DNA from: an uncultured virus (IMG/VR IMGVR_UViG_3300047157_000031)
Taxonomy: Duplodnaviria > Heunggongvirae > Uroviricota > Caudoviricetes
Length of the DNA: 64,000 nt
IMG/VR virus record: IMGVR_UViG_3300047157_000031
Strand: one strand, 5' to 3'
The first letter of the stretch is position 1. The number at the start of each line of letters is the position of its first letter. Positions 50,076 to 61,663 of the stretch are shown in pieces. The translations under genes were made by a program, and so were the position numbers. Below the pieces are notes generated by a model. It made no database searches, was not told the DNA's origin, and saw only the letters and a list, made by a program, of their open reading frames with translations.

Positions 50076-52175
50076 TGAAGAATAAAACTAAACAAAGAAA
50101 AAGGTATAATAAAGGAACTCGACAAGACTATACTTATGGTGGTCGTGTAGGTTATGAAGTGGTGGAGAAGCTGAACGTGATATAGCTGTAGAAGATGAGG
50201 CTAATGCTGAACAAAATAAAAGTGATGCAACTCCTACACCTACGCCTACACCAACTGAGACTACAGGACAAACAGGTGATGTAGGAAATACCTACACCTA
50301 CTCCTACACCTACACCTACACCTACTCCTACACCTACTCCACCTCCTTCAGTTGATCCGGATGAGAGAAGAGAAAGGATAGAAAGAACTACAAAAACTGT
50401 TGAGTCTTCTGCTAAAGGAGAAGTACCTACAGAGGCTGTTATACCTGATGCTGAGAAAGTTGATGAGACTATAGAGGCTGAAACTAAACAAATGACTGAT
50501 GCAGACTTAGCACCTGCTACAGCCGGAGTTGCTACATCTACAGATGCTACAGCAACCACAGGAACTGCTGTGACAACTGCTGCACCAGACACAATAACTG
50601 CAGCTAAAATGGATGCTGCTCAGACAGGCTCTGCAGTAGCTGAAGCTGCTCAAGGTAAAGTATCAGAAGATGCAGAACTTACTGAAGATGAAATTGCAGC
50701 AGCAGCAGATGTTTCAGATGTCGCTCCTATTGAAGGAGCAGATGTAGAAATACCTGTAGGTGCTTTAACAGAAAGAGTTATAGGTACAATTAGTGAGGGT
50801 GCAAAATCTACAGCAGCAGTTAATGCCGGTACAAGTTTAAGAAAAATTACTAGGGCTAAAAAACAATTAAGAAATGCAGGTCTTACAGAAGAGCAAATTA
50901 CTGAAATTGGTGATGATATAGAAGCTCTTGAAGATAGGCTCACAGATTTTACAGAAGAAGAAAGAGGTATTATTGCAGGAGTAGATAAAGATATTTTAGT
51001 CACAGGGCAATTGAATGGTTTATTAGAGGGAATGGAAAATGGAGAAATACCTGTATGGGCTTCTCCTGCAGTAGCTAAAGTTGAACAGATGTTAGCAGCT
51101 AGAGGTTTAAGTGCTTCTAGTGTAGGACGAGATGCTTTATTTAATTCTATTATCCAAGCTGCAATGCCTCTTGCTCAAAGTAATGCAACTGCACTACAGC
51201 AAGCAGCAACACAACAAAGAGGTATAGAGGCTGCAGAAGTCAGAAGCAAATGCTCAAAGAGCACAACAAACAGCATTAACTAATGCTAGATAATGTTTTT
51301 AAAATGGATATGGCACAGTTTAGTGCAGATCAACAAACAGCATTAAGTAACAGTAAATTTTTACAAACAGTTAGCTTTAACAGAAGCTAGTAATGATCAA
51401 CAGGCAGCAATTTTACAAAATGCAGTTATACAGTCACAGATTAATTTAGCAGAAGCAATTTAACATCAACTAAACTAACTTAGAGAATGCTCAAGCATTT
51501 TTACAAATGGATATGTCAAATTTAAATAATCAAACAAGCAAATGTTTACTGCTCAACAGAACAGCAAAGATATTAAGTAATCAAGCTGCGACTAATGCAT
51601 GCAAGACAGTTTAATGCTGCTAGTGAAAATCAAACTAATCAGTTTATGGCTAATTTAGAACAAAAGAATCAATGGATAATACTAGACAGCAAAATGCAAT
51701 GTCAACAGTTTAATGCTCAACTCAAGAAAATGCTGCTGAAGCTAGAATGCAAATAGAGCAGCAGATGTAAATAAAGCTAATGCTCAAACTTGAATCAAGT
51801 AGAACAATTTAATGCACAACAAGAGTTTGCAAAGAATCAATGGAATGCTACAAAATGCACAGGCTGTTGAGCAAGCAAATACACAATGGAGAAGACAATC
51901 AAATACAATAAATACAGCAGCACAAAATGCAGTTAATCAACAGAATGCACAGAATGCTTTTGGGTTGACTTCTGCAGCTGCACAGTCTTTTTTATGGCAA
52001 GAATTAAGAGACCAAGCTGATTATGATTTCAGATGGGCTACTGATTCAGCTAGTAGAAAAACACAAGCTATGCAATAGTCTGCTGCACACTGCTGAAGGT
52101 GATGCTGCAAAGAATTGGGGTTCTAATTTTAGATAATGCATCTTCAGCTAATCAACAGCTTAGTTGGAATATTAA
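50075..52175 (+). CDS. Internal virion/ejection protein with a PT linker and Q/N-rich QFNA repeats; heavily frameshifted
   Basis: Starts MKNKTKQRKRYNKGTRQDYTYGG; (PT)n; Ala/Thr-rich region; QFNA and WQELRD fragments in shifting frames. Confidence 0.55.
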
Positions 52176-52185
52176 GGAGATTAAT

Positions 52186-53310
52186 TATGGGTTGGAAACC
52201 GGGAAAGTTTTTAAAGTAAAATATGGTAAAGGGCTTAAGAAGAGCTGTCAAGAAGATTGGTAAACGAATTAAAAAAGTAGTAGGAAAGTGTTAGGAAAGC
52301 TGCTATTGGTAAAGCTTGGAGTTAGTAGGTCAAATAGGTATGATGCATTTTTAATGCCCTATGCTATGGCAGGCTGTAGGTAGCCTGTTTGGAACAGTCA
52401 GGTACAAAATTAGCTAGCATGGTCTACTAAATTAATGGGTCCCGGAGCAGGTGCTGTATCTAAAGGTTTTGGAAAGTTTTTAGGAGCAGTACACAAAGCA
52501 GGTTCTATGGCTGTTAATGCTTATCAAACTGTTTCTCAAGCAATTGGCAATGGAGTAGATAGAGTAGGTAACTTTTTTAAAGGAGAAGGATTTACATTAA
52601 GTGCAGATAGAACTTCTGTGTTTGGTGCTACTAAGCCTGTAGACCTTACTGCAAACGTAAATGCAGATTTAACTGCAAAAATAGATGCAGACGTAACTAA
52701 AAATTTAAATACAACAATAGGTGATGGAGAGCTTATTAGTGAGAGTACAGTTGCAGGCATAGAAGCTCAGGCAGACTCTTTACTAGCGCCGGGAACAACA
52801 AAGACAGCAACATCAAGATTTACGACAGCAGCAGAAGCAGGAGCAGGTATAACAACTCCGACAATAGTTGGAGGAGAAACAATATTAGCACAAGCAGATG
52901 CAGCAGCAGCTTCACAAACATTTATACAAAGTGCAAAAGATTACATTACAGAATTGCCAGCAGAAATATATCAAGGAGCTAAAGATGCTATATCAGACCC
53001 CGGACAGCTTGCTAAAGACACAATTGAAAGCGGTATTAAAACTGGAGCAGGTAGCGGTATTGCAAATAGAATAGCTTCTAAAGTTGCAGGAGACCCTCCT
53101 GTACAAAGAGTACAACAACTTACAGACGGAGTAGCCCTTGCAGGTTATTTACAAAATAACCCATCAGGAATGTATAACACAGTTAATTCTCAATTAACTC
53201 AACAAGGGTCTCCTTGGGGTGCAGGTAACTTAGCACATTTTAATTACATGCAATCTGGATTATCAGATGGTTCTGACGAATATGCAAGGTTAATGCAAAG
53301 AATTACATAA
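52186..53310 (+). CDS. Gly/Ala-rich ejection protein, 5' part frameshifted
   Basis: AAGGAG then ATG GGT TGG AAA; basic then Gly-rich hydrophobic N-terminus; intact 291-aa C-terminal part. Confidence 0.55.
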
Positions 53311-53321
53311 AAGGTAAAACT

Positions 53322-53915
53322 ATGATAGAAGAATACAGTCAAGAGGGTGTTAATGCAATAGCAACAGCAGGTAAACCTATTCCGGGTCAATCTTTAACTA
53401 ATGACCCTGCAGCTCCTCGTCCATTTGAACAACCTCCTGAGTTTACTGATTTTAGAGAAGCTTTAAATTATTTAGCAGAAGAATTACTTGAGCCTGAAAT
53501 TTATAGTGCTTTAGTAACAGGTATAGGACAAGGTGTTCCAATAACAGACGTAACTCTTCAAATACTACAAGCAGGGTTTCAAGAAGGTAAATGGAATCCT
53601 GATTTGCTTATGATGTTAATGGAGCCAGTAATGTATTTATTAATGGCTTTATGTGAAAAAGCAGGAGTTGAGTATCGTATAGATGCAGACGATGAAGATG
53701 AATTATCTCCAGAAGATGAAGACGATATACTACAAGAAAAAGCAAAGAACATTTCAAACCTTGCTAGTAGTAGAGATATGTCTAAAGTTCCTGCAGGAGT
53801 TTTACCTAAAGAAATTATAGAAGATATTGAAGAATTAGAAATGCCTGATAGTTTATTAGCACCTAGTAATCCACAACAAGAACAGCCACAAAGTTTATTG
53901 GCTAAAGAGGAGTAA
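53322..53915 (+). CDS. Putative internal virion/ejection-associated protein, allele B (197 aa)
   Basis: Homolog of 90-716. Confidence 0.65.
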   Translation: MIEEYSQEGVNAIATAGKPIPGQSLTNDPAAPRPFEQPPEFTDFREALNYLAEELLEPEIYSALVTGIGQGVPITDVTLQILQAGFQEGKWNPDLLMMLMEPVMYLLMALCEKAGVEYRIDADDEDELSPEDEDDILQEKAKNISNLASSRDMSKVPAGVLPKEIIEDIEELEMPDSLLAPSNPQQEQPQSLLAKEE

Positions 53916-53918
53916 GAT

Positions 53919-55763
53919 ATGGCAATGTATGATGTAGAAGGAGATGTGTCTTATGTTGAAGGCAAAATGTCTGATGCACGAAAGTATAGACAGAAACAAG
54001 CTGCAAAACAAGAAAAGTTTTCTAAGCGTTTGCAAATGGCAGACTGGGCAATTACAGGTGCAAATTTTGTCATTAATAAAAAAGCCGATGCTTTAGAATC
54101 TGATAGAATTACTGAACGTGCTTGGTATAATACAGCACTAGAAAATTCTAAAAACTGGAGAAGTAGATACGATGCATATACAAAAGAAAATTTAACTAAT
54201 CAACAAATGTTTGAAAGAGATGTAGAAGAAAATTTAAGAGCAGCAGTACAAAGAGAAAAAGGTGCAGATGTTAATATATCAGGGTTTGATAATGCTATAA
54301 GAGCAGAAGCTAAACGATGGACACAAGGCGAAGGACGTTTTGAAGCATGGAATAAAGCTATGAAATCTCAACTTGAAATACCTACTCTTACAGCCGAACA
54401 GTTAGCTGAACGCATACAAAAAGATGGTGCTCCTCCTAGAAACATAGCTAGTTTTTTAGGAAATAAACTTTTAAAAGTAGCAAAATCTCATACTGATGAA
54501 ACTTTAAATGAAGTAGAACAAAAAGAAGTTAGTAATAGATTAAATGGTATTCTTGGAGAAAAATTTAATTCTGTTAAAACTGCTATGGCAGAACATAGAG
54601 CTAAAGGTAATAATATTAATGAGTTTTTAGATTGGGTTAGAAGTGATGAAGGTAAAAAAATTCCTACCTATAAAAACACAGAAGCAAAAATTGAACCCGG
54701 AACTAGAATAGTTAAAGGACAAATAGTTACTACTTCAACCCTAGTTAATATTGGTCAAAGAGCAGATGGTGTTTGGGAAACTATAGGCAGAGAAGCTCCT
54801 GTAGTAGTTGGTAGTGAAAAAATTCCTGCTAAAGATTATACTGATTCTCAGAAAAAAACTGCAATATCTGGTATAAATGAATTTATTCGTACAAGTAATA
54901 ATGATACTGCAGTTGAAAAATGGGAACAATTAACTGATGATGGAAATACTGCAGATGAAGCTAAAAATATTTTAAGGACTGCAGACAATTTACAAAATAA
55001 TTATGATATGGACTCTGCTAAAGCTATGTTAGTTGCTGCTGAATATAGATTAGGAAGCAATGAAAAATATCCAGATACTAAACCTAATGCTTGGAACATT
55101 GCACAAATCACACAAGAAGTTGATGATGATGCTTTTGGATTTTATTTACAAGACATTATTGAAAGTAGACAAGGTTTAACAAGACAAGTAGAAACAAGTC
55201 AACTAGCAAATAGTTTAATATTAACTATTAAATCAAATCCGTCTTACGATTCAGATACAAAATTAGATAAAATTGCAAATATAAATAAATTATTAGAAGC
55301 TACAAAAGACCAAACAAATATTGGAGCAATAGATGATTCTAAAATAACTTTTAATACTACATCAAAAGAAACAGTTGAAGACACATATACACAAATTGAA
55401 ATTGAAAAAGGAATTCCTCAACAAGATACTTTAATTAACAATCACAATAATTTGTATAATTCTCTTCTTAGCTTAAAGTATAAATTAGGACAAGCAGATA
55501 AACGAAGAATGTCAGGTACTGAATATAAACAAGCTGAACAAAAAATTGCTAATAATTCAATAAAAATTAAACAATTTAAAGAAAAGTTTAATATTTCTTT
55601 TGATAAAGTTTTAAAAGATTTACAACAAGAAAAAAGCAATTACAGAAAAGCAATGAGTACAACAGGTGCAGCAGCACAATATAGTCCGCTATCTCCAGTA
55701 GAAGTTTATAAAAAATATGATAATAATACTTTAGCAGAAATGTTAGCTTTTATGAACCTATAA
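53919..55763 (+). CDS. Putative ejection protein, allele B (614 aa)
   Basis: Syntenic with 717-2526; no obvious sequence similarity by eye. Confidence 0.55.
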   Translation: MAMYDVEGDVSYVEGKMSDARKYRQKQAAKQEKFSKRLQMADWAITGANFVINKKADALESDRITERAWYNTALENSKNWRSRYDAYTKENLTNQQMFERDVEENLRAAVQREKGADVNISGFDNAIRAEAKRWTQGEGRFEAWNKAMKSQLEIPTLTAEQLAERIQKDGAPPRNIASFLGNKLLKVAKSHTDETLNEVEQKEVSNRLNGILGEKFNSVKTAMAEHRAKGNNINEFLDWVRSDEGKKIPTYKNTEAKIEPGTRIVKGQIVTTSTLVNIGQRADGVWETIGREAPVVVGSEKIPAKDYTDSQKKTAISGINEFIRTSNNDTAVEKWEQLTDDGNTADEAKNILRTADNLQNNYDMDSAKAMLVAAEYRLGSNEKYPDTKPNAWNIAQITQEVDDDAFGFYLQDIIESRQGLTRQVETSQLANSLILTIKSNPSYDSDTKLDKIANINKLLEATKDQTNIGAIDDSKITFNTTSKETVEDTYTQIEIEKGIPQQDTLINNHNNLYNSLLSLKYKLGQADKRRMSGTEYKQAEQKIANNSIKIKQFKEKFNISFDKVLKDLQQEKSNYRKAMSTTGAAAQYSPLSPVEVYKKYDNNTLAEMLAFMNL

Positions 55764-55770
55764 AAATAAT

Positions 55771-58700
55771 ATGGCATTTGTAAAATTAGTAGATTCAAAT
55801 TCTTCTAAGTCAAATAGTTTAGGTCGTAGCTATACACTAGATGACTTAGAAGACAACGAAGAGTTTCAAGAAGTTTCAGAAAGATTTTTAACCTCTGTTG
55901 GGGAAAAGTCAAACGATGTTTTTGAATACTTAAGAGACTCTGATTATAATTTATTTTCAGGCATGCAACGTGCTGTAGAAAGTGGTAAATTTTCTGACGA
56001 ACAAAAACAAGATTATAAATATTTACGTAAGCGTTTTGACAACGCAGACATGGGTAGTTTCAAGCAATACTTATCTTTAACTAAAGATGCTACTATTGAT
56101 ATATTAACTGACCCTACTGCTATGCTTGCTGCAGTATTAACTCCTGTAACTGGAGGAACTTCACTTGCTATTAAATCTGGTATATCTAAAGGAGTTATTG
56201 AAGGCTCTAAAGCTATTGCAAAAGGTCAACTTAAAAATGTTGGTAAAAAACAAATTGCTAAGACTGCTGCAATTACAGGAGCAGAAGTAGGAACATGGAC
56301 AGGTCTAGATAATCACTTTAGACAAAATACAGAAGTCAATACAGGCATTCGCAAACTTTATTCTAATACAGAACTAGTGGGCTCTGCTGCACTTGGGGTA
56401 GTTACAGGTGGAGTTTTAGGTGGGTTTGTGCAACGTAATGCTTTATTTAATGATAGACTAAGTAGACTCTATAGTAACGACACTTACAGAAAAGAATCTA
56501 AATTAAAATACAATATTAAAAAAGGAGGAGCAAAATTATTAGCTAAAACTATTGGTAATGCTTCAACAATTATGAAACCTTTTTCTAAAATATCAAAATC
56601 TGCTGCAGAATTAGGAGAAAGTTTTTCAGAAGAGTTTGCTAAAAATATTGGTGAGCGTTCTACAAAACGTATAGGGTTTAGTTACTTTGAAGACCTGTCA
56701 AATCGTAGAGGCAACTATTTACTTGACTTTGATAATATTGTAGCACCATTAAGAAAAACAGGAACATTACTTCCTGAAGATGAATTGTCTGTTATAAGAA
56801 TACTTAGAGGAGCAAGTCCTAAAGGAGCTAGTAAAGAAGTACAAAAAGCTGCTAAAGAGTTACGAATATTTTTTAATAAAATAGATGCAGATGCAAAAGC
56901 TGCGGGTATGGAAACTAATACAGTAGCAAATTATTTTACAAGGCATTGGAATAGAGAAGCAATTGAAAATGATAAAGTTGGTTTTAAAAATTTATTACTT
57001 TCAAAAGGTATAGTTAAAAAGAAAGATGTAGATGAAGTTATTGATGGAATGTTAAATAAACAAAATGAATTATATTCTTCACATTCTAATTTAATATCTC
57101 AATCTAGAGTTTTTAAAAATATGAATGATAATGACTTTGAAGCATTTTTAACAAATGATTTAGTTCCTGTTACTACAAATTATTTTATGAATGCATCTAA
57201 AACTATAGAGCATAAGTTACATTTTTTAGGAGCAGGTAAAAATGTTAAAGTTTTAAAAAAATATGAAGTAACTGAGGGAACTTCAGATAAAGAAAGATTA
57301 GTATTATTTAAACAAAAAAATGAAGATTTATTTGCAGATAGATGGATTAAAAAAATAGAACAAGAAGTAAAAGAAGGTGGTCAGACTTTAACGGGTAAAG
57401 ATAAAAAAGATATACTTAATACGTATAAATCTATAACAGGTCAAGTAAATTATTTTGACTCAGGACTTATGCAAGGTATATATGATACTACAAAGTTAGC
57501 TAATGCTATGGCTTATTTACCATTAGCTACAGTATCTTCTTTATCAGAAGCATTTCTTACATTAGCTAGAGCACCTGTAAAATCATCTGTAAAAGGCTAT
57601 CAAGACGGAATTACAAAAGGTCATAAAATTTTTACAGAAGAACTAGAACAACTTTTAAGAGAAAAACATAAGATGTCTGACGATGAAATTCGTAGAGAAA
57701 TGAATAGTGTTTTTATTGCAGTAGACGAAGCAATGGGTGACGTAACTAATCGTATATCAGGAGAAGGATTACAAAGTCCTTTTTTACAAAAAGCAGCTAG
57801 AGGATTTTATAGATTTAATCTTTTGATTCCTTGGACAAAAACTGTACAGCTTTCTGCATTTTCTACAGGCAAAGATTTAATTACAGATAATCTATCTAAA
57901 CTTTATGCAATTCAACAAAAAGAGTAATCTTAATATTAAAAAGTTTTCATCAGATGAATTTGCACAAGATGCTAAAGTTCAAAGATTAAAAGGAGAACTA
58001 TTTGATTTAGGTATTGATGTTGAACAAGGACTACAATGGACTGCAAGAGGTGCTAAAACAAAAGCTAAGTTTTATAATAATGTTGTAAGAGGAGCAGGTA
58101 GATTTACAAATGGCATAATCCTTCCAACATCTAGAGAGTCTGCTAGAGTACCTACATTTATGACTAATCCTAAAATTGATATCTTTACACAGTTTTTAAG
58201 ATATCCTACAGTATTTGGTAATACTATACTAAAAAACTTTGCAAGAGATACTATAAATGACCCAACTGTAAATGCTCCTAAGGTTGCTGCATTTGTTGCT
58301 ATGGCTACTAATGTTGCTAAAGCTACAAACTACTGGAGAAGTAACGAAGAAAAAAGAGATAAAGTAGCTAGGAAAGGTAATGATTGGCAAGACACTTTAA
58401 AAGCTTATCAAAGAGTTGGATTACTTGGACCGCTTGAATATGGATTAAGAGTATCAGAAGGTTTAAGTTATGGACAGAATCCACTTGTAGCAGGTGTAGG
58501 AGTAGGTGGTCCAGTTATAAATGATGTAATAGGAATGACATTATATAACAGAGGATTAATAGAAACTGTTGCACGTAAACTTCCATTGACAGGCACTAAG
58601 ACAGTTTTTGATAGAAATTTAGGAGACTTTATGGAAGAGTATACAGGTTTTAGAGAGCCTTATACTCCGCTTCAAAAAGCTGCTAAAGAAGCTGACAAAC

Positions 58701-59623
58701 TTGTGGGTGGTAAAATTAAAGAAGCAGCGAGTATATTTGCTCCTGTTAAAGAAGATACTAAAAAATTATATGGAACAAGATTATATAAATTTGAAGGCGG
58801 TCTTATTCCTAAGGTAGACCCATATACAGGACAACCTTATGATGAAATTAAAACTCATAGAGTACAATACTCAGGTGGTGGACTTGCTACTAAAATCTAT
58901 GCACGTAAGGTCTATAAAGAAGGTTTAAGCGTAGAAAGAGATGTACCTGATGTAGAAGATGACCCTGCAGATAGGAGCGTAGATGGTACAGGAAAATCGT
59001 TTAAAGAAGTTGCAGGACAAGACACAGGAGCTAAGACTCCTGAAGCAGTTACAAATATTCCTTTAACTAAAGAACCTATTAACACACCTATACAAGAAAA
59101 TATAGTTTATAATAATCCGGGAAATATAGAAGAAGGACAAGGATTTGCAGGAGAAACAGGGGAAGTTTATGCTACTCGCAGACGAGAAGAAAAAAATAAA
59201 GGAGCTTTTGTAGTTTTTGATACTCCTGAAGCAGGATTAAGAGCAGTAGTAAGAGATTTAACAAACAAAATAAACGATTTTAATGGAGATTTACAATCTA
59301 TAGTTTCTAAATATGCTCCTCCAAAAGATAATAATCCTACTACAGAATATTTTAAATATTTACAACAAAAAGTAGGTAATAAAACTACAGTAACTTTAGA
59401 TGATTTGCCTGAATTACTAGAAGGCATTGTAGAGTTTGAAAATAAACCTACAGAAAAAATGACTCCTCAACAAAAACAACAAGCTCAAGCACGAGTAAAT
59501 AAATATTTAACTCCAAGTATATTTAATACTGCTTTAGCAATAGGGAAATATGACTATCCAACAGGCACGACTACTGAACAAATGATTGACGATTTAACAT
59601 CAGGACTTTTTAGAACAAAATAA
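55771..59623 (+). CDS. Large internal virion/ejection protein, allele B (~1280 aa, frameshift near 57915), with a C-terminal lysozyme-like NNPGN domain
   Basis: Blocks shared with 2532-7694; C-terminal NNPGNI..FVVFDTPEAGLRA..KYAPP.DNNPT..Y. Confidence 0.7.
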
Positions 59624-59624
59624 C

Positions 59625-59653
59625 TTGACAACCTATAAATCTACCTGTATAAT
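59625..59653 (+). promoter_or_regulatory. Consensus sigma70 promoter, copy B
   Basis: TTGACA, 17 nt, TATAAT; ATG at 59662. Confidence 0.75.
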
Positions 59654-59661
59654 ACAATAAC

Positions 59662-59811
59662 ATGCTGCTATACCTAGAAGACCAATTAGAAGGATGCTAC
59701 CGAGAGTATCGTCTACATCAAATAAAACAAGATATGCCCTTTATGTCTCTAGAAAATTTTAGAGATATGTTTGAAGCAATGATGTCAGTAATTTATAAGG
59801 ACGAAGAATGA
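59662..59811 (+). CDS. Small hypothetical protein, copy B (49 aa)
   Basis: MLLYLEDQLEGCYREYRLHQIKQDMPFMSLENFRDMFEAMMSVIYKDEE. Confidence 0.7.
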   Translation: MLLYLEDQLEGCYREYRLHQIKQDMPFMSLENFRDMFEAMMSVIYKDEE

Positions 59812-60278
59812 AAGGATTATTAAAAAATATAGTAGGTGCAGTAGCTCCTACACTTGGTACTGCTTTAGGCGGACCGATGGGGGGTATGGCAGCTAACATG
59901 ATTGCTGATGTACTTGGAGTCCCTAACAATCCTAAGTCTATTGAAAAGGCAATGGCAGAAGCAACACCTGAACAAATGCTTGAACTTAAAAAAGTTGAAC
60001 AAGACTTTGAAGTTAAGATGAAAGAATTAGAGGTAGATGTTTTTAAACTAGAAACCGAAGATATACAAGATGCTCGTGGTAAATTTAGTAAAGACTGGAC
60101 AGCTCGTATTATGGGTATGGCTACCTTAGGTGGTTTTTTAGGTTATATATTTCTTATAACTTTGCAGCCACCCGAAGCCAACTCAGAGGCATTGGTCAAT
60201 TTAATTTTAGGATACTTAGGTGGTTTAGCATCAGCTATTGTTAGCTTCTATTTTGGAGCATCACATAAACAAGATTAA
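59808..60278 (+). CDS. Putative holin, copy B
   Basis: Same length as 8312-8782 and strongly similar. Confidence 0.6.
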   Translation: MKGLLKNIVGAVAPTLGTALGGPMGGMAANMIADVLGVPNNPKSIEKAMAEATPEQMLELKKVEQDFEVKMKELEVDVFKLETEDIQDARGKFSKDWTARIMGMATLGGFLGYIFLITLQPPEANSEALVNLILGYLGGLASAIVSFYFGASHKQD

Positions 60279-60466
60279 TGAAACAGAAATTAAAAGACGT
60301 TATAGTAGACGGACGATGGAATTGGTACGGACTCGCAGACGAAGAAGAAGACTCTCAAGATAATTGTTACAAAGGATTATTTTGGAATCTTGAAACAAGA
60401 ACATTCCTACGATGGAATGAATTAAAGAAGAAAGGAAAATCAACTGAAGGAAAAAGCACAGAGTAG
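60278..60466 (+). CDS. Hypothetical protein, copy B
   Basis: Differs from 8782-8970 by one residue (A to V). Confidence 0.6.
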   Translation: MKQKLKDVIVDGRWNWYGLADEEEDSQDNCYKGLFWNLETRTFLRWNELKKKGKSTEGKSTE

Positions 60467-60619
60467 CATCTGCGTTGTATGTATTGTTGGTTGGATGTAT
60501 TTAGTAGCTTCGGGATACTACTATTACTTCTAATCACTACTTAGACTAGAAAAAGCAAGACCCTAAAAGAACGCTATTGTTAGCTTCACAGGGAAATTGC
60601 ACGTTAAAATTGGAGAATC

Positions 60620-61663
60620 ATGAAAAAATTATTAGGCACAATAGTTTTAGGGTTATTAAGTATGTCTGTACTATCAGACCAAACAGGTGATTGTACTGCA
60701 GGTGAACAGTACTGTGAGCAAAATAGTTTAGATACAACTAACACAACGACTACAACAAATACAAACACCAATACGAACACTAACACCAATACAAATAACA
60801 ATACAAACGTAAATACAAATACGAATAACAATACAAACACTAATACAAATACGAATGCCAATACAAATGTTAATACAAATACCAGTACTAACAATAATAC
60901 AAATGCTAATACAAATGTAAACACTAATACCTCTACTGCTACATCTGAAAATACTAATTCAAATACAAACGTCAGTACATCTACTAGTACAAACAACTCA
61001 ACAGTTAATCAAACTGTAAACAATACAAGTAACAATACAAACAATAATAACTCAACATCTACAAGCACAAACAATAACACAAACGTAAACAAATCTACGT
61101 CCGAGTCCAATGTCACAACTGATAACACGAATAGTAATACCAATAACAACAATACCATATCTGATAATACTAACAGAAATATTAACCAATCAAATTCTAC
61201 CCAGACTATAAACCAAAATGTTAAAACAAAAGCACCTCCTGCTTCTGCTATAGCTCCTAGTATTATGTCTTACTCTCAAGACCTCTGTACAGTAGGACGT
61301 TCAGGAGCTTATCAAGGACAAGTGTTTGGTTTTTCTACAGGTGGTACAGTTACTGATGAGAACTGTGAGCGTTTAAAACTTTCTAAGTATCTATATGATA
61401 CCGGAATGAAAGTTGCCTCCGTCTCTATCCTGTGTCAAGATGAAAGAGTTTTTAGTGCTATGGAAATGGCAGGTACTCCTTGTCCTTATCAGGGTAAGAT
61501 AGGTAAGGAAGCCTCTAAAGCATGGAAAGAAAATCGACAAGATAGACCTGACTATGAGCAGTTAAAAGATAAATATATTAAGCATTGTAAAACTACAAGA
61601 AATGAAAAGGGTAAAAGAAAATCAGGAAGAACCTGTGCAAATGAGTTCTATGCCTCAAACTAA
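60620..61663 (+). CDS. Secreted Asn/Thr-repeat protein, copy B
   Basis: Near-identical to 9124-10167. Confidence 0.8.
   Translation: MKKLLGTIVLGLLSMSVLSDQTGDCTAGEQYCEQNSLDTTNTTTTTNTNTNTNTNTNTNNNTNVNTNTNNNTNTNTNTNANTNVNTNTSTNNNTNANTNVNTNTSTATSENTNSNTNVSTSTSTNNSTVNQTVNNTSNNTNNNNSTSTSTNNNTNVNKSTSESNVTTDNTNSNTNNNNTISDNTNRNINQSNSTQTINQNVKTKAPPASAIAPSIMSYSQDLCTVGRSGAYQGQVFGFSTGGTVTDENCERLKLSKYLYDTGMKVASVSILCQDERVFSAMEMAGTPCPYQGKIGKEASKAWKENRQDRPDYEQLKDKYIKHCKTTRNEKGKRKSGRTCANEFYASN

Noticed and set aside
32150..57930. Frameshifts in iscU, terL, portal, tail, fibre and ejection genes read as pseudogenes or programmed frameshifts
   Set aside because: They hit essential genes, are scattered single-base indels often at short homopolymers, and peak at 51.2-52.4 kb. 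This pattern fits low-coverage long-read error. Allele A is uninterrupted at the position matching 57915.
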